Shown here: positions 39,414 through 50,900 of the stretch, one piece after another
Numbering within the stretch: position 1 is the first letter of the stretch
How the letters are laid out: each line of letters begins with the position of its first letter
Source: Gnetum montanum
Taxonomy: Eukaryota > Plantae > Gnetophyta
Assembly (NCBI GenBank): GCA_015680685.1
Contig: MNCI01002242.1
Location: 377,205 to 441,204, forward strand
DNA length: 64,000 nucleotides
Direction of reading: 5' to 3'
Translations under genes and position numbers: made by a program
The notes under the pieces: model-generated
What the model saw: only the letters and a program-made list of their open reading frames with translations
What the model was told of the DNA's origin: nothing
The model's database searches: none

Positions 39414-42400
39414 TGATGTTGACATCAAATATGCCAATGTACAACCTCTCCAATGATGTGATCATTTCCTACATTTTTTGGCATATTTCAAGGTGTTTTA
39501 AATATTTTGATAAGTTTAGGAGGTTCTAAGGTTAATGAAAATTTGTTTGAAGGTGTTTGGAGGTTCTAGATGTCCAAACAAGCATCTTGAAATTTTGGCC
39601 TATCTAGAGAGATGTCTCCTCTAGGAGCAAGACATCTCCTCCATGCTCAAGATGTCTTCACTAGCTCAAAATGTCTTTTGAAAGACATCTCATATGTCTA
39701 TAAGACATCTCCTACATCTTCAAGATGTCTCCTTTGTAAATTGGCTACTTTTGAGCAAGATGTCTCATTCTTCTTTAAGACGTCTCATATGGACATGAGA
39801 TAATTTCCTATGGATTTTTAAAGATTCAAATTTTAAATTTAAAGAGGAAAGATGAAGAGATAGGGGGGAAATACATAAATAGACCTCTTGAGCCTTTATT
39901 TTGGCTAAGAAAGTCTAGGAAGTGAGCCGTGAGTTGAGAGAAAATAAGAGAGAGATAGAGTCTTGGTTAGGTGTCTTGATCATCATCCATGTGAGAGTGT
40001 GTTTTCTTTGATTGACTGTGTATGTAAGAATTTGATATAATCTCTTATCTATCCTTGGAAATTTATGCTTCCTTTCAATTGTATATTCTCCATTTGAGCA
40101 ATAATAAAGCTTTCAGTTTCTTTTCTCATTTAAAATTATTATTTCATGATGTTGAGAGAGCTTGGATTATGGAATCCATGGGAGCTTCTCATCAAATCAG
40201 TATCATAGTAGCTTGGAATTGAAAACAATTATTTTCAAGTGGATAATTCTTAGCTTAATTGCAATGAATCACTTCAAATTCTAAAGCTTTAGTGAATTCT
40301 CTCTTGCTACTTTTTTCACTTGATGAGCGGCGAGGTACCCCTACGTCCAACCATACGAATCATAAACATTCACACACATTTTTGTTGAATTCTATGGATG
40401 GGACTAGTTATGCATCTAAATCGTTATATCTTGATCACATTTCACTATCTTCCCACTTGGACTAGTGGTAGCTTTGTCATGTATGGTTTAGTCCAAAGTG
40501 AGGCATATGATAATTGATGTTGTTTGACCCTAAGCTACTTCTAATGATGATAAAGAAATTACTTGTTTAATCTAACAACAATGGAAAGTAAAGTCTAACT
40601 AGCCTATGTGTGATGAGTATTTGTTCCTAACCTTTCATACATGCCTTGGACTTCATGCAACTACTGTTGGGGTTACCAAGCATACCGTTACTAGGCATAC
40701 CAAACAATAACACTAATGGGTTACCAAGTAATTACACTTAGGCGCTCGCGATTTGTCATACTAATTCCGCTTAATGACAGAAATAATAAAGGACAATGAA
40801 TGACAACATTAACTAAGGAAAACAATGAACATTTAAGTAATTAACAACAATAATAAAGCTAAGTGGATGCTGTAATGATGGAAGTAATCTTGATCTTTAT
40901 TGCCAAACATGTAACGTGTCCAAGTATGTCACACTTGAATAAGGATGTCGTACAATCACTTAACATCACACTATAGGTATGCACTGGAAACTAACAAAAC
41001 TTGAAATCTATCAAAATCTATCTCTCTATATCCCAATCATGCACCCAAGTGTTGTATTTATAGGCTAGCACAGAAGGGGCTATATCAGATCCCTCATATC
41101 GAAGTTTGTGCCTCAATATCAGATACTTGTCATTACAGCCCCAATATTGGATACCCAATATCATGGCCCTGCAAAACATGACTCATCACCACTCATCCTA
41201 GGGTTTGAAAATTTTTCTTTGATCCCTAAGTTTTTCATATCTATTAAGAATTGGAAGATAATTGTGGAATTGTATACCCATTAGCTTATACTAGTTAGGG
41301 TTTGAAGACCTTGTACTCATTTCTCTTAAGATTTGAGTATTTATTGTCTTATTCTTTGATAAATCTTGAAAATTTTACCTTTTCTTGTAGAATTTTATGG
41401 AAATTTCCTTTTAGATCAATTTTCATCATGCCTCCAAAGAAGAAGATAGTTCAAGCTTTATTAAGAGATATAAATGACATAAGAAATGCTCTCAAGATCA
41501 GTATTGAAAAGCTTGAAAAGCTTAAGAGAACAAAGAACACACTACTTCACCAAAAGCATCCAAGCAAGGGTGCAATTCATGTAATTATTCACTAAGAACT
41601 TCTTTAAGACATTCCTTAATGTCATCCCTTGAAGATGATATTTCTTTTGAAAATGAAGACTTTAGAGAAGATGAAGATCAAGATGATGTCTTTCTTCATT
41701 CTCCTAGTCTAAAAATAAGTCTCAAGGTTTCATTTCTCCTAAAAAGGGAAGAAGAAATTCTTTTCTAAGCCTTAAATGAAGCAAGGAGAAGGATTTGAAG
41801 TCACTCTTGCAAAAGATTTTAGACATGCGTCAAGGATGCTACATGTAGAAGTCAATTCCTTCAATGACATGGAAGAGATTGAATCTTTCCTCTCTTGGCT
41901 GAAAATGATTAAGTACTTTGAATTTGAAGATGTAGAAAATCATCAAAAAGTGTCATATGCTAATACCAAATTACAAGGCATGACACTTTTATGGTGGGAG
42001 AAGGAAAGCCATTCTTACAAGGTGAACAATGGTACTTCTATCAAGGATTGGTCTTTAATGCAATTCATGCTCAAGCAAAAATTTGAGAAGACTCATCATA
42101 AACAAGAGGCTATCCAAAAATTGAGTGTTCAAGACTATTAAATGAATTTTTGTAAGGCTTTTTAGCTTGTAAAAGTTCATTGGGATGATTATCAGCAAGC
42201 ATCCAACTTTCAAGGGGGACAAATAAAAGGAAGTATCAATAAGAGCTAATATTTTATGAGCCCCAAACATTGGATGGGGCTTTTGAATTGTCTCTTAAGG
42301 TTGAGAAGAAACTTCAAGGTTGCAAGATAGGTCCCAAATCTTCTAAGGGTAAGGGCTCCAAAGCTTTTGAAGGTGAGAAAGGACCCAAGGAGAAAGAAAA

Positions 42401-43597
42401 TTCAAGGAAGACACCAATGAGAAGTTAGGGAAGTCCAAGGAAGGCAAGATTCCAATAGAGACTGCTGCAAGAAAGGGAAAGGTAAAGAAAATGAATATGC
42501 CTCCAACCTTCAATGCTTCAATTATAGTGAAAAGGGATATAAACAATGGGAGTATAATAAATCAAAGGTTTCCAAGAGCAAGGAACTCCAAAGCTTGATA
42601 AAGGGAGAATCCTCTAATGAAGGTAGACCTATTATGATTGAAGATGCAACTAAAATTAATTCATGCATTTTTATAAGAAATGTGAATGTTAATCAAGAAA
42701 CGAAGGAAGATAAAAGGTATGGTAAAATAGAGATCAATGAAAAAATTAGTTCTCAAGTATCTCTTATTAAGAAAAGGAGTGCTTAATACTCAAATATTTC
42801 AAGAGATCTTCAAAGTCCAAGATGGTATATGTTATTGATCAAGGAGAGTTCCTATCTCACGAGTCAAAGGTGAAGGATTCAAGACAAAGGAGTGGCAAAG
42901 ATCAAGGGACATCTTCAAGGAAGATTAAAGGTAGCACTAGAAGGTATGATGCTCATTCTTTTACAATTGTTCTATACCTTATGGTAAGGGAAACAAGATT
43001 CTAAGCCAAGTTGAAGCTATCTCATGGGAGAAATGAGTCTTCTAGCTAAGGTTCCCAAGAATTCTCTTACTTTTGTGGCTGATCCAACATTGGAGGCACT
43101 GTTGAAAGGAGTTTGGTGGGAGTTGCGGATAGATCTATGGGCTAGGAGGTACAGATTTGTTAGAAGAGGTGTGATTCCTAGAAGAACCAGTAGACAAACC
43201 TATACAAGCAGCCTTTATTTAGTCAGCTAGATCCAATGCTCAATATTGAGCTAAGTCTTGTTAAAACTTTGATTTATTATTTTTGTTAAAGAGGATGTTA
43301 ATCTCTATTGTATCTTTGTTGCATGTCAATGTTTTCTTTGTTTGTTATGAGCTTTGGATTACTTTAAAACTTTATTTTTAGAAATTTTTACAACCATTCA
43401 ATTTAATTTCCTTTGAAAAGTTGCCTCATTACATAATTTAAAGTATCAACATTATTTAGATTTTTTCTATTAAGCACCACGTTGCTCTTTCTAGTTGAGA
43501 CTATTCGTAGGTTCTCATATCCATACAAGAGGCATCTTGGGCAATAGTTTCTTAAAACAAGTTTTGTGGGTATTGCAGTGACCAAAATTTTGCATCA
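39414..43597 (+). mobile_element. CRM-like element E inserted in D: 5' LTR (39414-40194), decayed Met PBS, gag; no pol seen
   Basis: TGATG at 39414 interrupts the RNase H of D. CATCA at 40190-40194 is followed by a PBS-like AATCAGTATCATAG. gag MPPKKK...FLSWLK...KLQGMTLLWW lies at about 41428-42560. The right boundary (a CATCA at 43593-43597) is uncertain and has no TSD. Confidence 0.62.
40321..41188 (-). mobile_element. solo LTR of the Athila-like family nested in element E
   Basis: Begins TGATGAGCGGCGAGGTACCCCTAC (reverse complement of the family LTR end) and ends CATCA; TSD TCACT/CCACT (one transition). Confidence 0.88.
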
Positions 43598-44750
43598 ACA
43601 ATGACATTGTCCTGAGCTTTGATGAACATCCCAACCATTGCTATAGTTGGATGTATCGAATCATTTTATGAGAAATTTGGGTTCTTTCAAATTTTTATCC
43701 CACAAATATTTCTGGACTGCTTAACAACAATACTTTCTTTATATTATTTTATTTACCCTTAAATTTATTTTAATTAGCATGCTTTATTATTCCATCAACG
43801 CACCTACCTAGGTTTATTCATATAACCTATGTTGGCAACCTACCTGTGGCTTATAGAGAGGCCACCATAGTGCATGAAAACGCTGTAAATTTTCCATGCA
43901 ATTTTCATGCTAGGTTAACCTTCACCAGCAGTAACTTGAAATAGGCCTGCTTCAAAACGCCATGAAAAACCGATATTATAAAATAGAAAACGCCGCATAT
44001 AAGCAACATTTCAACAGGTAAGAATTATGCTCTGTAATCTGTCCACATTAAAAGGCACTGTACTTTTCAGGGTCCGACACGCCCCCCACATTAAAAGGCA
44101 ATGTTTTCCCGGAAGTAATTTTCCATCGTATTATTTTGAGTTCCGTAAATTTGACATATACAAAAAGACTTTTCACCTAGGCCGGTAATCACAGATGAAT
44201 ATCAACAACAACGTTCATATCAACGTGGCGGCAACAACGGTCCAACTCATGGCCTATGTCATGATGCAATGAAGGTTACAGGGATCATGTCATGGTACAC
44301 GGCACACGGCAGGGGCCCATCTTCAGGATCCGGATCCATGTACCTTGAAAATATCACGTACGAGTTCGCAAGAGCGGGTTTTCTCAGTTCGGCAGCTCGG
44401 GCTTCATACCTTCTACTGTGCATGAAAGTCTCTACTTGACGTTTTCGTACTGCGGAGAAGCACTTCCTAATAGCAACGACCTTTTACAACAATGTTCCAG
44501 AAGCATTTCATGCCTGTTGGCACTGTCTTCGGTCTATGCACTGCAATTTCCATGTTAAAGGTTCTCTCTTCGGGAGAACACAGTTTCTAGCAACAAATCC
44601 GTGAGCAATTCCAAGCTCGATGCTGGTTTAGAATAAATTATAAACCAGCCCATGTAACTGTTTGGGTCGTACAGTGACGGATTTAGTGACGGCTTTCACT
44701 CGCTGACAAGTTTTCGACGGATTTTGTGTTGGGTTTCAGATTTTGGAGTA

Positions 44751-44935
44751 ATGGAATTGCAACAGGATTATTTTAATGCGAAGTGTGAGGGTACAAGAAT
44801 CACAGAGCTGCCGCTAGATGCACTTGTTCATTCTTTCCGACGACTTGATTTGCGAGACCTTTGTAATGTCGCTGCTAGCTGCAGATTTCTCAAAGATGTT
44901 GCCTATTCTGACGTTATCTGGGATTATCATCTGAG
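44751..44935 (+). CDS. F-box protein (probably F-box/WD40), coding exon 1
   Basis: MELQQ...ITELPLDALVHSFRRLDLRDLCNVAASCRFLKDVAYSDVIW is an F-box motif; AG|GT donor after 44935, phase 2. Confidence 0.88.
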
Positions 44936-47593
44936 GTACTATTAGGGTGGCTGGCGAGCTCTTCTTTATTCTTTTACTTTTTTATCAGTTATCTTTTCAT
45001 TATTCCCTATCAATGCTTTGGTTTTAAAATCTTTCAATTTAGCTATTTTAACGGTTCAATTTCCTCTTTACGACAACTTCATGATACACCTCGCAACCAT
45101 TTAAGGTCCTGCAAAGGGCCATACGTTTTGCTTAATCCTACATTCAATCGTTTTTTGGAATGTAACCTCGAAGATTTAATATCGTCAGGAAGTTTATTGA
45201 TTTGAGCTGAAACACTGGGATAATTATACTTTACCGGAAACCGCTGAACCTCGACCGATACCATTTTTGAAATGGAGCGCTGTTTCGACCAGCCGGGAGC
45301 CTCATGGCATGTAAAAACTTAATATGGCTAAAAAATATGATTCGGTATAGCAAAAAATTTAAATGACAAATCTCAGAGAACATCGTTACTGTTAGAACCA
45401 AAACAGAGACAATCCTTACAGTTTTAAATAAAAAAAATAATTGCAATCTGAACATTGAATTCTGGAATACAGAACAGAAACACTGAATCCAGAACCATTA
45501 AACAACAAAATAGAAACACAGTGAACAACTAAACAGAACTGAGTTGCACAATAGAATTATTTACAGTATAAAACAGAGTAGAACATGTTTACAGCTGTAT
45601 TGTTCTTGTTATTTTCCTTTATTCTTCTCTGTATTTGATAATGTGCTGGAGATGTACCGATATAATAACATGAAAGAAAAATTTCTCTCGTCTTTCATCT
45701 TTCAGCATTTACGTTATGGATCCACCAATGTAAAATTCAACTTTGGACAGTTAATGACTTATAAATCAATTTGAAGCATTGCAATTCAATGGCATCACGA
45801 AAAGATGCAATGTTGAAGGAAAATCAAGCTGAGATGAATATTTTCTGTGGATAATTAAGAAAACTGGAAACTTGGATATGAACATTTTTGATACGTACAC
45901 AAAAAGAAGGCCTGAATATCTGTTTTGGGTTAACTTTGCAAGATCACATCCAATCCTTTCTTATCCTTGTAAATCTAGAGGATGCAGCAGATATATATAA
46001 TGCGGTCAAAAGCAGTCTGGGTGAAAAAGGGTATTGGTTAAGGTCCAGCGGTTTTGGAAAACTGTGAGACCTGTAAAGTACAGTTATCTCAAAACACCTT
46101 CTATATAGGTAGTTATGTAAATTGGAAGGCTGGTATGTTCATATTAAATGGGACAGGAGTTCATTTTTAATGCAAGGTTATATTGGCTGGCTGAGTTTTT
46201 AGGACCTAGGTCCTCTGACTCTTCAAGCAAAGTTGCTTTGCCAGCAATCGTGTTGGTATTAATTCAGCATAACTAGTACCAATAACATCTCATACTAACA
46301 TATGATGATAAAACAGGATTTCACATGTTGCTTTGGAGTTAATCTAAACAGAGGAGCAGGAAATTCTAAAATAATCAGATCGTGAATCTAAATTTTAAAG
46401 CCTTTATCTTATCAATAGTTCCTTTGCCAAGAGTGTTGAAGAGCTCTTTGACAATGACGCAGACAAGCAGTTTGATAGGATATAGACATTGCTTAGGCCT
46501 TAGGGGTACCAAACTAGCACAAAACCCATTAATCTTATCTAGCAAAGAAAACTGCTTACTACACTAAATGAATGGAAATAAACTCAGCATAATACAGGAA
46601 CAGAACGATCCAGCTGTTTGATTTCCGTATGCTATTAGTTATGGTTTACATCATTACATCTTGCCTACTTTTTAAGTATTATGAGCTGTGAAGATATTTA
46701 TAACAAGAAGCAACCTGTGAAATATTTCTGGAGATCCTTTACGAGGATATCATAATCAGAGACACATCATTTTACTCATGCAAAATGAAGCAGTTATTGG
46801 CCAACCACCTTTAGTAATTCTACATAATGGGTAGAATTGGAAGAATTTTAGTTTGTAACCTTCCGAGATCATCTCTGGGCCTTGCTTTAAATTTAGCAAG
46901 TATAATTGCCTTAGTGATTTCATGCAACCTATTTATCTTGCAGAGCATTGGTTTCCAATTATGACTTACAAGAGGATACCAATATTATTATTATAGGTTG
47001 CATGTTTAATCCTAGGAAGTTATATTAAGATATGTAGGAATCATGTAAATATACAATGCTTGAACTTTGCATAGTAATAAGATATTTCATTTTTGAGCAT
47101 TATCCATGATATATAGTTATAGTTGGGTTTATAAGTTATTTTATACCATTGTCCTCAATATTGGCTGTAGTCACCACACAGTTTTTTGCTTCCAGTGTGG
47201 TTTTTTTTGTTCAAACATAGAAAGGCTTCTTTCTGAGGCTATCTCACATATGTAAAAGATATGACCAAACCACTCCAGAAGGTGATCATCTTGTTTTCCA
47301 TTGACTTTGGCTGAGAGGCCAACTACCAATCATATGGAAAGACCTAATTCTGTAACACTAAATTATATTTCATCTATGACCTTCTAAGGCCTATCATGTA
47401 ATATTTCGTCCATAACTCTTTAGGGGCCCAATTATGTAATACTAATTATATTCCACTGATAACCTCCTAGGGGGTTGATAATGTAATGCTAAATAATATT
47501 TTCTAAATTTTCATCTTATACTATACACAAATTTTTTAGAATTGATCCTAAGATTTGGATTTCAGAAAAGGAAACAATTTTCTTGGCTAAATC

Positions 47594-47612
47594 ATATATA
47601 TATATATATATA
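47594..47612. repeat. (AT)n microsatellite
   Basis: About 9 AT units. Confidence 0.85.
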
Positions 47613-47800
47613 AAATAAATATATAGTTAAACTAGTGTAACACTGTCTCCCACCCACAACAGTTATTTTGGTTTTGAGCTTATAGAAGTATCTTATTTTC
47701 CCTAAATATTGCCTGACGTCTTGAATGATTTGTTGATTTCTGTCTAATTCTTGTGAAGTTAAGCCCTTTTTTGTTTTCTCATATCTTTTTTGTTTCATAG

Positions 47801-47990
47801 AGAGCGCTGGCCATCTGAACAAATTCAAGAAACAATCTTTCAGCATCTTCAAGGCCGGGAATCATACCTTGCAAGGCATTCTGCAATACAAAACTTTCAA
47901 TTTTCTGATCCAGTTGATCTCCAGTTTAGGATAGCAGATGCTTTTACTAGTCACATCATATTAGACAAAAGTAGTGTCATTGTTGCACAG
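47801..47990 (+). CDS. F-box protein, coding exon 2
   Basis: Polypyrimidine tract + CATAG acceptor; joins exon 1 in phase (HLR-ERWP...GRESYLARHSAIQNFQFSDP...HIILDKSSVIVAQ); CAG|GT donor. Resembles the post-F-box region of a conserved plant F-box/WD40 family (recalled, not searched). Confidence 0.82.
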
Positions 47991-48723
47991 GTGCAATTTT
48001 TTGGTTCCCAGTTTTTTCTGTCTTGTCAGATATAAATTTTTTTATCTAAAGTTGATGGCTGGTTAAAGAATTTGTTTTTTTTCTGGTTACGTTTTTGTAA
48101 TGTTATAACAAACACTGAAAATTCATTTATGTTTATAAATAGAACTATTGTAAAACAATTACAAAGCTATGAACTATGAAAGTTTTGTTTTAAAATCATG
48201 ACCAGGACTTTTTATTCTGTGTTATTTGAAACCTATCCTTCATTGTGTTTGGGAATATGGGAGTGTCTGTCAAAACAAGTTTGGAAATGTTGGGTGTTTG
48301 TTGGGCATGTGTCTGGAATGCAGCAGGATTAGATATACAAAGATTTAAAAATATTTAGATATTCAGCTGCAGCCTTTGCTTGTGTTTGGAGGCCTTATGA
48401 ACCCAGCATCAGCTACAGCTGTGTGATTAGGCACAGGTGTAGGTGGAGAAATAGAACCAAGCTCTCTCCACACACCACACCTTCGCCACCCCGCCCCCCC
48501 CTCCCCCCCCTTTTCCCCAACCCGGCCCCAGAAACAAACAAACCAAAAAAAAAAAAAAAAAAAAAAAAANAAAAAAAAAAAAAAAAAACACAAAAATCAA
48601 GTTGATGGAGAACATTCCCTAAAAATGTTCCTGCTGTTTTCCTACTTCCAAAAATGCATTTCCATTCTCGAAATGCACAAATGTGCAAATTTTTCCAGTA
48701 ATGCATTCCCATGAAGCATGATA

Positions 48724-49375
48724 TTTTTTTTTTTTTTGGGGGCAAAACGGTCAGGTAATTGTATTAAAGAAAAAACCAAAAAGCCAGACAAACAGGGGAT
48801 TAAACGCCACAGACCCCCCTCGGATGGGGGAGGAAAAACCCACTTAAACAACAAACAACAGAAACAAAACCAGACGTTTGAAGCAACTTTCCACCAGCCC
48901 TCCCCACAAAATTTGGCTCCTCCCTAGGCCCTGTCAGCTGATACATTCAAAGCCAAAAAAAACCCAAAATCCTAACAGGGCATCCATGTTCCATTTTGGT
49001 GAAAGCAGTCACGTAGGTGAACGTGTGTTACATGGGCAATTAGCCCGTTCCTGCCTGTACTGGGAGTCCAAGACCTCCCTAAGCTTTTCAGTAGCAATGA
49101 AGCCAACCACTTCCTGAAACTCCTTATATCGCTGCTCTTGTTGTCTTTGAGCCTCTTCAGAACCAGCTTTGTTTGGGTGGAATCTGGCTGAAACCCTCCG
49201 AATATGTCCTCTGAGGTCAAGCCAGGAAATATTGCAACCAATCTCCATCACTTCATACAGACAGCACCCAGACTGAAACCACCTGTGGACACTCATAGAA
49301 TGGGCAGCCAGCTGCTGCTTCATTAACTGCTCTTCCTTCCGGGCCACTTTTGCCCTCTGAGCCTCAGCCAACTCA
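48724..49375 (-). mobile_element. LINE copy 1: 5'-truncated 3' end encoding a J-domain-like peptide
   Basis: Poly(A) tail (T run 48724-48737); T/G-rich 3' UTR; ORF 49009-49371 is homologous to the 3' end of LINE copy 3 (57720-58038). No TSD found. Confidence 0.8.
49009..49371 (-). pseudogene. DnaJ/J-domain-like C-terminal module of the LINE protein
   Basis: CLYEVMEIGCNISWLDLRGHIRRVSARFHPNKAGSEEAQRQQEQRYKEFQEVVGFIATEKLREVLD follows the J-domain pattern YevLg...ikkayrklalkyHPDk...FkeIneAyevLsd..kR..YD. Confidence 0.78.
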
Positions 49376-49835
49376 TTTCAGCATTCAGCAAATTTTTACC
49401 TCATTGGTATCATTTCAACTTAATGGTTTAGTGGATTTTTTAATATCATTTAGATTCATTTATTTTTTCATAATCAGATACCTAAGCAATTTAAAGTTTT
49501 GTATACAACACTTATAAATCCTCATATTCCAAGAGAGCTTAGGCCACTGTGTGACAGCCACTTGATGTGTCATCAGAAGTGCTAAGAATGCTCAAATTTT
49601 AACATGTCAGGCACATCCAGCAACTGCCTTATGGTGTTCTTTGTGATAAAGCCTTCCATTCATGTTAATGAAATCTTTTAACATTCAACAAAAAGGTTAA
49701 GAAAAGCTTGTTTAGCTTCAGTGGGATCTATTGATGACATTATTTTTCCATGACATTCATCAGGTTGGTTAATGCTGGTGATTTTGGGTCATTGTGGTGA
49801 AAATGTGAAGACATGATCGCAAAGCAAACACTTTA

Positions 49836-50073
49836 GGGTGTGTTTGGTTGTTTGTATTGATATGTATGCTGAGTCAGGAGATTCTGAATCTGGAGAGATT
49901 GCACCCTCCAAGGTTAAATCACCAAGGGTTTAAAAGCCAATGGAAAAAGGTGTATCAAGCAGCTCACACAGCAATCCAGGGATTAACTTGGGCAGAACCA
50001 AACATGTTTTTTTTATTTAAACAGTGGACTCCGCATATATTCAGTTTGTGAATTTACACAACCAAACACACCC
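49836..50073. mobile_element. Tourist (PIF/Harbinger)-like MITE
   Basis: 16-bp perfect TIR GGGTGTGTTTGGTTGT / ACAACCAAACACACCC; 238 bp; TTA on the left flank (right TSD not matched). Confidence 0.8.
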
Positions 50074-50900
50074 GTCAGGAACTGTAATTTTCATTTCTCT
50101 TTGAATGAGGTGTGAAGTTTGATAAACTGAGAAATGTTTTGTAGGTGATGTCGGCACAAAATGAGGTGCACAAAATGATGTAGGCATTAGGATGGATGAA
50201 GAAGTTGGAGATGTCAGCAATAACAATACCTTTACTATACTTGCCTTGCAGTAGTGGTCAAAATTCACTGGCTGTGTGGTGGCCATCCCAACAATAATTA
50301 TGGAGGATGTCTTTTCCTACAGTCCAATTTATTCGAATTTATAGATGTAAATCAGAAATGGTTGTGTTATAGAATATCACATATAAGTTACAGAGGATCA
50401 GTATAAATACAATTTAAGAGCTGCAAATTTCAAGACTTTTGCCACTTGTAGGGACTGAAATCTTGACCTTTGCTGTATATCTTGGCAATCTCCAACATCC
50501 TCTATATACAATTCTGACACAAACCTTCATAGCACATATTCTGTTCTTACCTCAATAGCTGTATGCCTTTAACTAGATAACAACGCAACAATGCATGAAT
50601 CTTACCTCTCATTCTAGACTCTAGATTGGTGTAATTTCTATTGTTTTGATCTGTAATAGCACCAAAAAGATAAAATAAAAGAGCAAACAAAAGCACATAC
50701 ATACCAAGAGATTTATGTGGTTTAGCCAGCCTGCCCCTCAGGAAGCAGTAGATAGCTATTATTATGTCAACTTCAAGTTCTCCAATGAATGTCAAGTAGA
50801 AAGCATCAGCTGTACTGTTTCAATCTCTCTCAGAAATAACTCATTAATTTAAACAATGCTAAAGCTATTACCCCAAAGAAACACTAAATCTAATATACAG

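Noticed and set aside
48363-48600. ORFs and poly(A)/poly(C) runs
   Set aside because: Homopolymer-rich sequence containing an n; likely low-quality reads, and the ORFs are low-complexity.
50144-50310. Candidate third F-box exon after TTTTGTAG
   Set aside because: The required phase-0 frame stops after 12 codons and shows no WD40-like sequence.
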